NCBI RefSeq assembly: GCF_018977255.1
Contig: NW_024704742.1
Coordinates: 123,072,001-123,136,000, forward strand
Direction: 5' to 3'
Source of the DNA: Callorhinchus milii
Lineage: Eukaryota
DNA length: 64,000 nucleotides
Position 1 is the stretch's first letter. Each line of letters opens with the position of its first letter. Below, in pieces: positions 11,409 through 24,961 of the stretch. The notes below the pieces were generated by a model. It ran no database searches. It was not told the DNA's origin and worked only from the letters and a program-made list of their open reading frames with translations. The translations under genes and the position numbers were made by a program.

Positions 11409-13329
11409 GTGAGTGATTGGAATGCTTTTAATTAGAATGTTTTGCTTCTGCTAACAAAACAAAGATTATATTTGATTGTCTCAGTGAAATTGCCATAATG
11501 GCACATGTTATTTTTTCTCTCTGTGTAAATCATTCCATTATATGTATCTATGGACTAAGAGTATGGATTTGATTTTTGTAGAAATATTTTATTGTGCTGA
11601 AATCCATCCACATTATTGCTGCAACAACAGAATATATAAGCAGCCCGAGCACAATGGGAGTTGCTGTATATGTAAATGCAGCAGTTTCCCCAGCAATGAG
11701 AGCCTGAGGCACTTCAGGTATCGAAAGACGCTGACATATACTTTTAGTCCTGCAGGGAAGACATTAATTGCAGGTAACAATTAGGCTCTGCTGAAGCATG
11801 TGAATCTACAGGGGCAATGGCAGAGTGTTACGTAAATTTGCTTTTAAGGTAGTTGCACAATATTAAACAAAACCAAAAAATGCTGGAAACGCACAGCAGG
11901 CTATCAGCATTTGAAAGAGAAGGATAAGTTAACGTTTCATTTGATTGACATTTCCCAGATTTTCTTGTCAGGTTTCTAGTGTTTGTGTGCTTTTGTTTTA
12001 AACATGGCCATAAGGGTCATACGCACATTCAGGAAAATTGGTCAACAGTGGTCAAATCCAAGAATAATTATTAATAGTGATATTGGCAGTGATGTATATA
12101 CGAGAGAGAAAGGAATAGAAAGTTGGTGGGGGGGAGGCGAGAGAGGACGGATTAGGGTAGAGGTTCATGTGGAGTATAAACAGCTAGTTAGGCTGAATCG
12201 TCTGTTTCAGAGCTGTATAGTCTATGCATCTATTTACGAGTATGTACAATTTATCTGATTGCTCTCTGACTATGTATCTGTTTACGTGTTTATATGATCC
12301 TCCTGATTGTTTTCTCTTAAACCCAATATTACTAAGGCCAATTTTGGTGGCCCCTGCACCATCCTAGCAGAGATCAGCTAAATCAGTATAGACCAGGGGA
12401 TGAAACATGGGATCTTCCTACACGTTACGACTGACTTGATTATATCTTGGGGGAGCTTATCACATTAATTTTAAATGTATCCCAGTTGTTTAGGAAACAA
12501 AATGTACATTTATGTTTATAAAATGGGGCATGAAGGAAGTCACACAATTATGACCTTGTTGGCTGGCCAACTCAACTGTGTTTATGCAAGATAACAATAA
12601 TCCTAGTATTTGTTATAATGCCTGTCATTTTGAAACATCTCAAAGCTGTGAACTTGTAGGAAAATGCAGGAGTTAATTTACACACAGCAATGTTTCAGTG
12701 ATATGCTATCCTGCATGAAGGGCCCTATGAAAATGCAAAATTGTTGATGTTGTTCCACAAACAGTCATAAAGTCTTATCCACAGATCTCTGACAATCCAG
12801 TACTTCCCCAGCACAGCAGTTGAGCATCAGTCTAGAACTCCTCAAAGTCCTGAAGTGGGACTTGAACCCATAATCTTCAGACCCAGAGGCAGGAGTGAAC
12901 CACCTGAACCAGACTGACTCCTTGTAAAATTCCAATCTGGGAAAGTTATTAAGCCTATGGTTGAATGGAGCTGCTCAAGACACAGAAGGTGCTAGTCAGT
13001 ACATTCAGTGGCGACCATTTTGTCGGGATTAATTGGATTGTTGTACGAATTAACTGGCATAGTTAAATCAGATAAGAATACAAATGAATCGGGCTGGGCG
13101 TTTTGTCCAATCGACCCAACATTTGAGGTTAACAGGTGTCCAGCTAAAGCTGCTTCCACGGTATCTGTTAAAACCTCTCTTTTTAAACATCCAATTGATT
13201 CTGCATTCTATGACCTTCTGGGGCTTGCATTCCACATTTTCACACAATCCTTTGTAGGAAGACTCATCTTCTGATCTCACTTCTAACTAGCATTCTCCAG
13301 ATCATGTAATTTATTATAAGAACAGTGGA

Positions 13330-13650
13330 ACTGAACAATGGGTGGATGCTGAGAAGTGAAGGATACGAGCATCCGCTTTAACTGATGCATTTACATTGAA
13401 CCATTGGGTCTGTCAGAAGCTTTGTGACGTCATCTTTATTTGCAAGAACTGCAACTGAATGGAGGTTCATTATGGCTCAAGCAATGCAGAAAATGTCCTG
13501 CACAAATGTTCAGCATTTTCAAGAGGAGATTTCCGCGTTTAGAAATGACTTTGAGAATGTCACCTGTTGGAGTCTGGAAAGAGCCCAGTGGCAGGACTTA
13601 GGCAGAAGGGAACTTTACGCTCTGCAGATCCAGCTCCAGTAGTTTGAGAG
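13330..13650 (+). mobile_element. Possible ancient RTE-clade LINE 3' remnant
   Basis: ORF end TCWSLERAQWQDLGRRELYAL loosely resembles the RTE C-terminal pattern W..LA.DR..WR; weak. Confidence 0.3.
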
Positions 13651-14559
13651 AATCCAGATGCTGCATGTTGTACAGTGCTCATTGTGGATCATTTCAAATA
13701 CTATTTATAGTAATAATAATCCTTGCATTTGATATAGCGCCTTTTCACATCTTCGAGACATCTCAAAGAATTCACAGAATATACTGTAAAGTGCATTGAC
13801 TGTATATTTTGTGGGCGAAACGCAGCAGCAAATTGCGCACAGCAGTGTCCCACAAACAGTCACGGGTTGAAGTGATCAATCTTTCAAAAAAAATTGAAGA
13901 AATTATTGCCCCCTATTTGGTAGAAAACATTAATTATTGAAAAATAATACTTGCTGTGAAGTAGGTTTTAATTGCTAAGGAATCTATTGGTTTTATTCTT
14001 GACCTAAAGAAAACACATTTTTTNGAAGTATCAGGTCTCTACATTGAAATCCAATACTTCCCACCTTCGGGCCTCTTTCCTTCTCTCTCTTTGGTCTTTC
14101 CTGTATTTTCTCTTTCTGTTACATGTTGCTTTACCCTGCTCTATTAAAGATATTAATCATTCTGTTTCAGATAACACCTTTAACATTAAACTGTCTCAAA
14201 ACACTTTATAGAGGACTACTGTCAAGTGTATAAACTGTGTATTTGTAGGCAAACACCTAACTTTCACATGGCATTCTCCCACAATTTTACCTGGAAGATT
14301 GTTGGCCAGGGCACAGGGAGAAACTCTCTATTCTTTACAAATAGTGTCATGGAACCTTTAAAATCGACCTGCAAACTAAAACTTTGGTTTAATATCTCAT
14401 TGAAGTATCTCACAATACTACCACAATTGAGTACGCCTTCCCTCGAGTGTTAGATTAACTTTAGACTCTGAACTCAAAGGCCTCGCATGTAGCTTGAACA
14501 TGTAACCTTCTGCCTCAGAAGTGAGAGTGCTACTAACTGAGCCAGGCTGTCACCTTTCC

Positions 14560-14900
14560 CTCGATTACCTTGTACAATAATTTTACCCAGAATTACTGTG
14601 TTATCTTGTACGACTGTGTTATTCTGTTGCACTGTTATTTTTGTTACACTTTATTATTCCTGTTTCATACATTGCCTTACCCTGTTACATTCTGTTTCCT
14701 GGTACACTATTACCCTGTATTTTACATTAATTTCCCATTACACAAAGTTACCTTCAGTTAATCTGTTACACATTGTTAACCTATTGCAAGGTTAGTCTTT
14801 ACATTGTGTTACGGTTACACTAAGTTAACCTGTTTACACATTGCATCACCCTGTTATCCTATGGTATACTATGCTACCCTGTTACTACTGTCAATCTTTC
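14560..14900. repeat. Degenerate low-complexity tandem repeat
   Basis: Many imperfect copies of TTACCCTGTTACA, TTACACT and TTACACATTG. Confidence 0.7.
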
Positions 14901-17576
14901 TTATTTCCTCTGTGTCATCCTGTACTTTGCTCATTCCACCCTCTGTTAGCTGTTAGTTATGCTTTTGGGATGTGTTGGTCTAACTCTACCTCAGGCTTTA
15001 ACTTTGCCACTGTAGTTCACAGTGATTCTCTGATGCCTATGGGTCTGAATAACAATACCTTACTGTCATCAGCAGGACAAGTTCCAGTCCTCTTGGGGGG
15101 AGGTTGAGGAACGTTTTTAAACTAAGCACAGCCAAAAGGCAGCTTTGAAAACTGAAGCAGGCAACAGACTAGACCACCCACTGCATACCGGCATGCTGAT
15201 GGCAGCTGGAAAAGTAATTCCATTGGGAGAGATCTTTACATGTATTTAGATGTAGCTAAAACTACTTGCTGGGTGAGGGGTGAAATCGAGGACGTGGACA
15301 GTGGTGGATTCTCTACTGGTACCACTGGCAGGAATACAACAGCAACAACTTGCCTTTATATAGCATTCTTCATGCAGAGCAGCGCTTAACAGTGACGGAG
15401 CCTGACTCCAAGCAGGAGAGAGGAAGGAACTATCACTTACTATCACTAACCAGAGGAAAAATAGGGATTTATTAACTTAGCAGTAAAGCAGAACTGAGTC
15501 AATGAATGAATGTTAATCACTATCAACATCATGTAGTTAGGGCATTTTTAATGAACAAAATCCTTGCCGGATTTCATTTATTCCCACATCTCTGGATGCG
15601 GAGATACCGTCAGTATAGATGCAAACAAGATCTGTGGTCATGATCCTGCTGAAATAAACAGCAGGATAATGAATCACTGAAATAGAAAGAAAGGTTATTT
15701 GTTTCAGACAAAGACCACCAACAGTCCTGTGCCTGTAATTTTTCTTTCAGAGACATATGTGGGTTTCCAACAATTTTGCTTTTGTTCCCTCACCCCTTCC
15801 CCTTTTTACTTCTGCAGTCATATTTCTGGATTAACATGATTAGGACACAACAACTTGCTATTATATAGCACCCTTCAGGCAGGATAGCATCTCGGAGTTG
15901 CCTGCCTGTCTACTACTGTACCACTGCTGTCCTTGACTCAAATGGTGTTTACATTCAATCATACTCTTCTTTTTTGCAAGGCAAAACAGAGTTCAAAGCT
16001 GAATATTTAAAAAGGAAGCAGATACTTTCACAATGCTCTTTCTCTGCTGGATAGCACATGCACAGTGTGAAATATTCTTCCTCCTTTAGAACTCTCACTG
16101 TGCTAAGGACAGCAAATGCTTAAAGAAAGAACTTGCATTTTTATAGCTCCTTATTGTGTTGCAACATCTCAACTGCTTTACAATTAATTGTTGTCAAATG
16201 TACTACACTTTGCAGGCAAACACAGCAGCCATTTCCACCAGCAAGATCCAGTGACTGGTCTGCCCTCTAAATCCTACTGATAAACTAGCCTGCCTGTGCT
16301 GTCATCAGCAGTGCCCTGGAGTACCTCAGGCCTACGTGGCTCAGGAATTGGACTACTGAGACCACAACAGAGGGTTTCCTCGATTCTGACATTCTGTTGC
16401 CAAACAAGTCCCTTTGGACCCACTTCACTTCCAAGTAGACCTCACTTACCCCCACCCGTCATCTCGAGGTGGATAGTCAAAATCCATTAAGAGTTAGTAA
16501 AACATAGCAAAACAGGAGGAGGCTATTCAGCCCATTGAGCCTATTCCAATAGATTATTTGATCTTGGTAAATCTTTTAATTGCAGTGCCAAATCCCTTAA
16601 TAAGTCTGCTACCCAAATATCTGCCTATCTCATGTAAATGTCAAACTAACCTGCAAGTTTATTGATCAGGACACTGGAAGGAATTCCTTTCTCTTTGTGA
16701 CTATTATCATGGGATCTTTAACTTGAATAGGCTAACAGAACATCTGTTTAATATCTCATTCAAAGGATGGCATCTTGAGCAATCCAGTGCACTTCCCAGT
16801 AGGCACTGGTTTTTCACCTGGCCTTTCAGATCAAGTCCTGAAGTGGGGCTTCTTGAATTCACAAACATTTGGCCCAGAGGCTGAAGTTCAAGAGTAAAGG
16901 AAAACGGAAAAGAGGTGAGATGCAGGCTGACTGATTTCTTTGTTCACCACTCTTAGTAAAACTAACCTGAAATACAACACTGCACTTTCCGATGCTGTGG
17001 ATTCCAGATTATATATCTTCCCTAGAGATCAAACAACATTTTCAAACAGAGAACAAAAGTCATTCAGTTCATCTTAGAAACAACTACCTGTACTGTTGTG
17101 TGCAGCTATTTATGAATGAGATGTCAGCCTGTTGATAGCACCTTCTCAGTTGATAGCACTTTCACTTCTGAGTCAGAAGGTTATGGATTCACACCCCAAA
17201 TTAGAATTTGCAATCAAAGTTTATGATAAGTCTCAGCGTAGCAATGGGGGAGCACGACATAGTTATGCCAATATTCTTGCATTACTCAGGTGAATGTTAA
17301 AGATCTCATGACACTAGTTTCTCCTGGTTTCCTGGCCAGCAGTGTCCCATTCCAAATGAATTGGTCATTCACCCCATGACTAAAATGACCTTAGTACACT
17401 AAAGTGTACTAAAATGACTGCCACATTTGCCTGCAAAGGCAATTATTACACTTGACGGTAATTACTGTGAAATGCTTTTGGATGTTTCAGCATGATAAGG
17501 AGCTATGAAAATGAAATAAAATGCATGTTATTTCTCTTTTTGGATTCCGCTACCCAGTGAAAACATTTGGGGCAAA

Positions 17577-17724
17577 TTCCAGTCACCAGTAGCCTCAGGC
17601 GAGCTGATTCTATTTGAACTGCTTCTCAAGTAGCCTGTAATGTTGTGTATAGTTTACAGATTACTTGGGAAGCAGTTTAAATAGAACCAGTTCTCACGTA
17701 GCCTGAGGCTGTGAGTGCCTGGAA
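17577..17724. mobile_element. Fold-back (hairpin) MITE-like element
   Basis: Arms TTCCAG...AGCCTCAGGC...TTCTATTTGAACTGCTTCTCAAGTAGCCTGTAA and TTACAGATTACTTGGGAAGCAGTTTAAATAGAA...GCCTGAGGCT...CTGGAA around a loop of about 13 nt. Confidence 0.7.
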
Positions 17725-17865
17725 TCCCTCTCCCCTGCCCCGTTTACTTTGCAGGGCAGAATTCCAGGAACCAAGAGCAAAACGGAAACAAATGCTCATG
17801 CCTGAGTTCAAACATATACAGTTATTTCTCACTCACAATTCGTAGTCTTTTGTTCTCTGCCTCAG

Positions 17866-18011
17866 ATATTCCCCTGAATGGCAAAGGAGGCACGGGCTTG
17901 CGTTAGCTTTTTGGGGAGAGTGATAGTCCAGACGTTCCCCACTCAGAAAGTACAGCGACCTTGAAGCCATCAGCAGACGTCTGCGCTGGTTGATGTTATC
18001 TCCCGAGGGAG
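17866..18011 (+). other. Candidate 146-nt exon (non-coding or stop-containing)
   Basis: ACTCAC branch-like motif, polypyrimidine tract and CAG acceptor, GAG|GTATGT donor; relatively CpG-rich; stops in all three phases. Confidence 0.35.
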
Positions 18012-18351
18012 GTATGTGAAACCATCTGTAAAGGCATAACCTTCCTGCACTATCCCTAAAGTAGAGGAAGAACTCTAAAACGGTGCATATTAGGCAAAAA
18101 ATAATAATCCTTGCATTTGATATAGCGCTTTTCACGTCTTCTAGACGTTTCAAAGAATATACTGTAAAGTGAATTGACTGTATATTTATGGGCAAAAATT
18201 AGCCTTGAAAGGAGATTTCTCAAAAGGGACCATTCCCACCAGGATGACCCTAAAAGCACTTCACAGCATTTATTGTAAAGTGCGGTGAAAGGCAAACAAT
18301 GTTAAATAAGATGTTACAATGTTATAATACAATACAAATTTACAATTATAT

Positions 18352-19100
18352 AACAATAACAAAATTACATTTGTATAGCGCCTTTCACATCAGGAGGACT
18401 TCCCAAGGCGCTGGACAATCAGTGTTTTGGACCCGAGCTGGGAGTCGGGATTGGGGAGGATGGAGGGTGGGGGGAAAGCAGGGTGATCGAAAGCACGGTC
18501 GAAGAGGAGTGTCTTGAGATGGGTCTTGAAGGAAGCAAGGAAGGGGGCGAGACAGAGGGACTGCGGGATGGAGCTCCAGGGGTTGGGGGCAGAGTGGTAG
18601 AAGGGGGCTGGCAAGGCGGGGGACGTGAAGCAGGCTGGAGCCCACTGAACGGAAGGAGGGGGCAGGATGGTAGTGGTTTAGGAGGTTGCAGAGGTAGGGG
18701 GAGGAAGGTCATTGAGGGCTTTGAAGGTGAGGACCAGGACCTTGAACTGTACCCTCTGTGTGATGGGAAGTCAGTGGAGTCAGGCGAGGATGGGGGTGAT
18801 AGGGTCACAGAGCCTGGTGCGGGAGAGACACAGGCTGCAGAGTTCTGGATGGTCTGCAGCCTATGGAGGGAGGAGTTGGGGAGGACAACAAGTAAGGAGT
18901 TTCATAGTCAAGCCCCGATGTTATGAATACGTACATGAGAGTTTTGGCGGCCTGCGGTGTGAGACAGTGTCGGAGCCGGGCGATGTTGTGGAGATGGGGG
19001 AAGGCAGAGCGGGTCATGGCACAGATGTGGGGTAGAAACGATAGTTGAGGGTCAAACAAGATGCCAATGTTCCAGACTGGCTTAGTAGGGTGGAATGTGC
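18352..19100 (-). mobile_element. L2 LINE 3' fragment
   Basis: ORF 18805-19059 (-) FDPQLSFLPHICAMTRSAFPHLHNIARLRHCLTPQAA; L2 tail at about 18352-18415. A second short L2 end follows at 19105-19310. Confidence 0.93.
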
Positions 19101-19831
19101 ATCCATATAGCGTCTTTCACATGAGGAGACGTCCCCGGGCACTGAACAGTCTAAGGTTTGCATTCAAGTTTGGGGGTGGAAGCTGAAGGGTTGGGTGACA
19201 AGGGGATGGTGAGGGGAAAGATGGCTGATAGTGTGATCAAATAGAAAGGTCTTGAGACAGACCTTGAGGGAAGGGGCGAGTCAAGCCAACTCCGGGATGA
19301 GTTTTAGAGACGGGGTACATATTACTTGGGACTAAGAAAGGAAACTGAGAACAACAATGTCAGGTATGGCAAAGCAAAATGACAAGAGTTACAAATTGAA
19401 GATTGCGATGAACAATTTTAGGACAGAAACCAGCAAGTATTTCTTTACAGTTAGAATGGATCTAGAAGGATGAAATTAGATGGGACAAAGGGCTTCCTCA
19501 TCCAAACCTCTCCTGTGATCCTATCATAACAACTCTACCTGTTAATTAAGGAATTAATTCACAGTTTAAAGCAATGGGATTTGTTCACTGCATAGGTGAT
19601 GTGAAGCTTCATTCTCCATCTGGTTCGTTGAATATTGCTACAGCTGTTCAAGCTCCATGATATCATAAAGAGTCCTGAAGGAATAATGCTTCATCTACTA
19701 TTATGCAAAATAACTTTCACCCAACTGAGTCCAGCACCTTGTCTCATTAACCCATTGTTCTTCTGTTAAACTGACAGGAAATTGGACATTGAGGAAATTT
19801 ATAAGATTGATCTTGGGCTAGAAAATAAGGC

Positions 19832-20030
19832 GAATTTCTACCTGGGTCCAGATTAACTCTATTTATACAACATTTTGAAGCGCAGAATTTGGCAAATTGT
19901 TCGAATTCAGTCTTAAAAGAACTTGCAGAAAAACAGCTTCAAAATTCAGACTGTATTTAAGAATTTGCCAAATCCTGCAAGTTCTTAAATATTACACAAT
20001 TAGAGTAAACCTGGACCCAAGTGGAATTTC
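19832..20030. mobile_element. Palindromic MITE-like element, copy 1
   Basis: TIRs GAATTTCTACCTGGGTCCAGATTAACTCTA and TAGAGTAAACCTGGACCCAAGTGGAATTTC, plus inner arms GCAGAATTTGGCAAATT and AATTTGCCAAATCCTGC. Homologous to 47926-48156. Confidence 0.75.
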
Positions 20031-20084
20031 TTCTGAACTCATTAAACCAATATGGTCAGATTTCTGGCAGTCAATTTGCTCAAC

Positions 20085-20210
20085 TAGATTTTTAAAAGCT
20101 AAAGGGATTAAGGGATATGGGGATAGGGCAAGTAAATGGAATTAGGTTAGAAGATCAGCCATGAGGGGCTGAATGGCCTACTCCTGCTCCTACTTCTTAT
20201 GTTCTTATGT
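20085..20210 (+). mobile_element. CR1 3' end
   Basis: AAAGGGATTAAGGGATATGGGG...GGGCTGAATGGCCTACTCCTGCTCCTA followed by a (TTCTTATG)n tail. Confidence 0.85.
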
Positions 20211-20874
20211 AACTAGCACATGGAGTGATTTAACTGAATGCACATTATAAAATCAACATTACAAAAATAAAAGGATATCATGAAAATATTATAAAAAGCT
20301 ATCTTTCTTCTGAGATTCAGGAGTTTTGAACAGAACAGCTAAGATAACATCATTTCACATAGGAACATGAGTAGGCTCTTCAGCCAATCAAGCCTGTTCA
20401 CCATTATTAGCTTTAGGCAAATCTTTTAATTCTATTTCCGTACCTTTTCTCCATTTTCTTTAATATCCCTATTTCCCAAGTATTTATTTATCTCCTTTTG
20501 AACCATCCCATATATTCGTTGTATATATATATATATCCCTCTCATCCTCTCCCCCATTCAGTCTTTCATCACAATCACTTTGACATTTTCACCTGGCTTC
20601 TTCTGCTATATTTCAACCACTCTTTTCTGAGCCCCATTTACCCACCTTCCTGACAAAGAACAGCATAGAGCTACCGAAGGAAAGTATTACATTGTCCAAT
20701 ACTGAAAAATGCAATTGGAGGTGATCCCTTTGGTAGTCTGGTACTGGTAAACCCATCAAATCTAACATTTATAAATCAAACATACACAACCTCCTGTGGC
20801 ACTTCCTGATCTTCTGATAATAAAAATCTTAAAATGCGTAAGATTTTGACATTTGATTTGAAATGAAATAATAA

Positions 20875-21243
20875 AATAATAATAATCCTCACATTTGATA
20901 TAGCGCCTTATCACGTCTTCGAGACGTCTCAAAGTGCTTCACAGGATATACTCTAAAGTGAATTGACCATATATTTTATGGGCGAAATGCGGCAGCCAAT
21001 TGCACACAGAAGTGTCCCACTGTCATAGCAGTCGTGGATTAAGTGACCAAATATTTTTTTAAGGGATTATAAACTCCAGAAAGCGATACGGCAATCAACA
21101 AACAATCGATTCCCACTTACTGCTAGGTAAACAGAAGTGTGTGGAGTAAGGAAACTTTCCTAAGGTTTCATCTTGCCCAGGATTTGAACCCAGGTCCTCT
21201 CGCTTACGAGGCAAGTGCTCTAAACACTAAGCTACAGGACTCC
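20875..21243 (-). mobile_element. Full-length young tRNA-Ala Deu-SINE (long subfamily)
   Basis: Reverse complement of 59488-59860. Confidence 0.92.
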
Positions 21244-22779
21244 CCATATGTTAGTACATGTCTGTATGTGGCAATCTGAAATATAAGGTAGGCACGATTC
21301 AGGACTGCTGGTTATTATATTTCACCTCTCTCTAACCTCTCCTGACTGGTGGTGGTGTATGTAAGGGAATGGATACTGGCTACTGTTCAGTACTTCACTC
21401 CTCGGGTCATTTTACTGTGTGAGCTTAGATATTAGAGACTAACTTATGTTGATCAGCAAACAAAAGCAGCAAGGAGAGGCAAAGGTCTGGGAACAGAAAA
21501 AGAGCCCAGAGTAAACAATAGATTAAACATATTATTTAACTGGTTTAGTATTTCTCAATATTTTGTCCTGCAACCACAGGGGAAGATTGTGGGATGTGAT
21601 ATTATCGTTGATAATATTATTATATCAACCAAAAATACACTCAGCACTAGTTAGTAGTTAAAACTCTGAGGCCATCAAAACCATTCAGAAGATCAAAGGA
21701 GATGTCTGGATGAAAAAGACCCTTCAACTCATTTGATATCACTCTTTCAGAATACCTATCCTACTGAATACTACTATCCTCCCGGTACATCTTGAACATG
21801 TTTCTTAAATGAGTCTAGTGTCTTGACCTCAACCTCCCTTGACCTCGACTGGTAATCCATCCCAGTCATCAATTAACTCTAACACTTTAAGCAATATTTC
21901 CTGGTATCTGTCCTGAAATTGCTCTTCCAAACTCTGAGCTGGTGCATTCTTGTTCTGATGCCTTGAGGTATCTAATAGAATTGTTCTGAGTTTATTTTCT
22001 CAATCTGATTTGTGTAATGTTTTGTTTGGTTTTGTGAACTAAAGTTGTTTTGAGAATTGAACATTGACTGCTGTTGACAATCACTTGTTGCAATCCCTCC
22101 CCAGCCCCCAAGTCTACACAGAAAAAAAAGATTATCTATACAAGAAAAGATGAGTGTTGTAAAATGTTTCATGATATTACATCAATGACTACAGAAGAAT
22201 TATGGAGGACATGTCCTACAGTTCGTTTATCCTTGGGTGCAAAGTGAAAATCCCATGACTGACTCTGTAAACACGATGAATGAATAATTCATGTTGCAGT
22301 TCATTGCTTATCCAAACTCTACTCTCAACATTCAGATAATTCAAAATGAACACCTAATGCAAGCACATAATGGCACTGTGTTTTGCCATTATTATTGTTT
22401 ATTCTTCTTATGCATAATTCAGCCATTTTTCTACCCTAGCACTGAAACAAATGGAGGGTTTGTTACTATGTTCAAACAGATATGTTATTTGTGCATCCCT
22501 GTTACTAGCAATGCCAGTAACTGGAGTGTGTGCCTCTGCAAAGCAGAGTAGGCCAATTAATACAAGGGTAGGTTGGCAATTTTTCTGGTTGGCTCTATCT
22601 AACTCACAAGAAGACTGGTTACATCTTACCAGCTGAGAGGTGGCATTACTGTAACCTAGTAGTCAAGATAATGAAAATATAAAAAAGGTGTGTACTCCAG
22701 CCCCTGAACAACCTCAGTCCACAATAATTTTGTTGGTTTTGCAATTTAGAAACAAAAAGAAATTTAAAAGCATGTGCAT

Positions 22780-23210
22780 AGCACTCTCATGTCTGAGTCA
22801 GCAAATTGTAGATTCAAGCTCCACGTTGGGACTTGAACTCACATAGTCTAAGATGACACTCTAATGCAGTGCTGGGGATGTTTTGCATTGTCGGAAGTTC
22901 TGTCCTTCGGATAAGACATTAAACTGAAGTCCCATCTGCCTGTTCCAGTGAATTAAAGATCCCATGGCATTATTCTAAAAGACAAAGAAACTTCTCCCAT
23001 GTGTCCTGGCCAACAATCTCCCAATTTGTTTCCCCCTCATTCCCCCTCATTTATTTCACAGCTGTTTGTGGGTCATTGTTGTGTGCTATTTGGCAATTGC
23101 ATTTGCCTACAAGTGCCCAGTCACTCCACTTCACAATAACTCCTGTGAAGTACTTTGAGACATCTTCCCAACATGAAAAGCACTGAAGCAAATGTAAGGA
23201 TTATTATTAA
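22780..23210 (+). mobile_element. Older Deu-domain SINE
   Basis: TAGCACTCTCATGTCTGAGTCAG head, GCTGTTTGTGGGTCATTGTTGTGTGC Deu-like core, L2-type tail with TTA repeats. Confidence 0.8.
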
Positions 23211-24240
23211 ATTCAACTTTTGCTTAATCACTAGCACTCTTGCTTATAGGCCAGAAGGTTATGGGTTTAAACCTAGCTAACTTGGGTGAAGTGTGGCATT
23301 GTTGAAGATGCTAAATCGAAATCCTGTCTGCCTTCTCAAGTCCAAAATATTTTTTTAAAAAAGAGAAGAGAGTTTCTCTTAATGTCTGGTTTAGCAATCC
23401 TTCAGATTAATTGGTCAGTTAATTTATGGCTGCTTGTGAAATCTATTGGTGTGCAAACTGGCTGCTGTGTTTGCTCACACATACATAGTCACTGAAAGCA
23501 ATTATCTGTGAAGTGCTTTGAGATGTTTTAATATTATAGATGTTAGATCAAACACAAGGGTTATTATAATTCATTTTGTGTTACATTCTGACATTTCATT
23601 ATAATTGCAGCTACCGACCACTGCACACTAATTGCAGCTACTGAGATTAAATCCTTATGGTTAACATTTGCAATTCATCAAACATGAGCTCTCCCTATAA
23701 AATACAGCTTACAGCTCTGGCCTTTGTGCCTGAGAAATGCACACGTTATGGAAAAGAAATTTGCCTATGAGGTGAGCTGTCGACTGCTATATTGGATTTG
23801 AGCCAAAACATCAACTGAAGCTATGCTACAAGCTTGCCTGCACACATCACCTTATTACTTTTGTACTGACAAACAACATTAAATCTCTTCAGACATGTCT
23901 GAATTCCCATCTAAATCCCATTCCCCTCAAAAAAAACTTGCATTTAACATAGTGCCTATATCGTTGAGAACATCTCAAAGCACTTTAGAAAGTTTCTGTA
24001 AAGTGTGGTGACCATGTATTTTGTGCAATTTACACACAGCAATGTACCACAAACAGGCATGCGATAAATGACCAATTTTTATTGTTAGCCAGAACACTGG
24101 GAGAAACGAACAGGGATGACACATGAATAATGTCCACGTGGAAAAGGCAGGAGCACACATGTTAATCTGCAATCGTGACCCCTTTAGAAAATGAAGGGAG
24201 AAAATTGGATCAGGGAAATTTATTTAGAAAATAGATTTTA

Positions 24241-24333
24241 ACATAACATAACATGTAGGATCAGGAGTAGGCCATTCGGCCCTTCGAGCCTGCCCCGCCA
24301 TTCAATCATGGCTGATCTTCTAATCTAACTCCA
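24241..24333 (-). mobile_element. CR1 3' tail fragment with 14-bp flanking duplication
   Basis: AGGAGTAGGCCATTCGGCCCTTCGAGCCTGCCCCGCCATT matches 32040-32110; AAAATAGATTTTAA occurs at 24228-24241 and 24365-24378. Confidence 0.85.
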
Positions 24334-24961
24334 GCTAATAAATAACATAACATGTTAGAAATCTAAAATAGATTTTAAGGAATAGATATATCTAACCATG
24401 TTCATTTTGATCCTTTTTTTAATCTCCAGAATTCTTGTGTTTTCTTATGAAGGATCTGGGTCAAGAAAGACTAATTCAACAATGTTCTAACTCTGTCGTT
24501 CCTTCCATGTTTCTCAATCTGAGAATGCAACAGTCCTCTGTGTGATTGTTGTTGGAATAACATTGAATTTCCCTACAAAATACAGTCACTACACTTTACA
24601 GTAAATCCTGTGAAACGCTTTGAGGTGTCCTTCTGATGTGAAAGGAGCTATATCAAGAAAAACAAATTGTATTTATATAGCGCCTTTCACATTGAGACGT
24701 CCCAAAGTGCTTCACAGGATTTACTGTAAAGTGTATTTTGTTGGCAAATTAAATGTTATTCCATATCATTATATCAAATGTAGGAATCATTTTTCTATTA
24801 ATTAAAAAACTGAAAATCAAACAAGGAATAGAAATGATCAGAATGTGACCACGTCTCAGGAGAATTATTGAATAACAGTGTAGTCAATGTAGACATTCTA
24901 TTATTTTATCACAATGACTTAACTGTTATAATTCACTCCAATTTGTGTGTTCATTTAAGGT

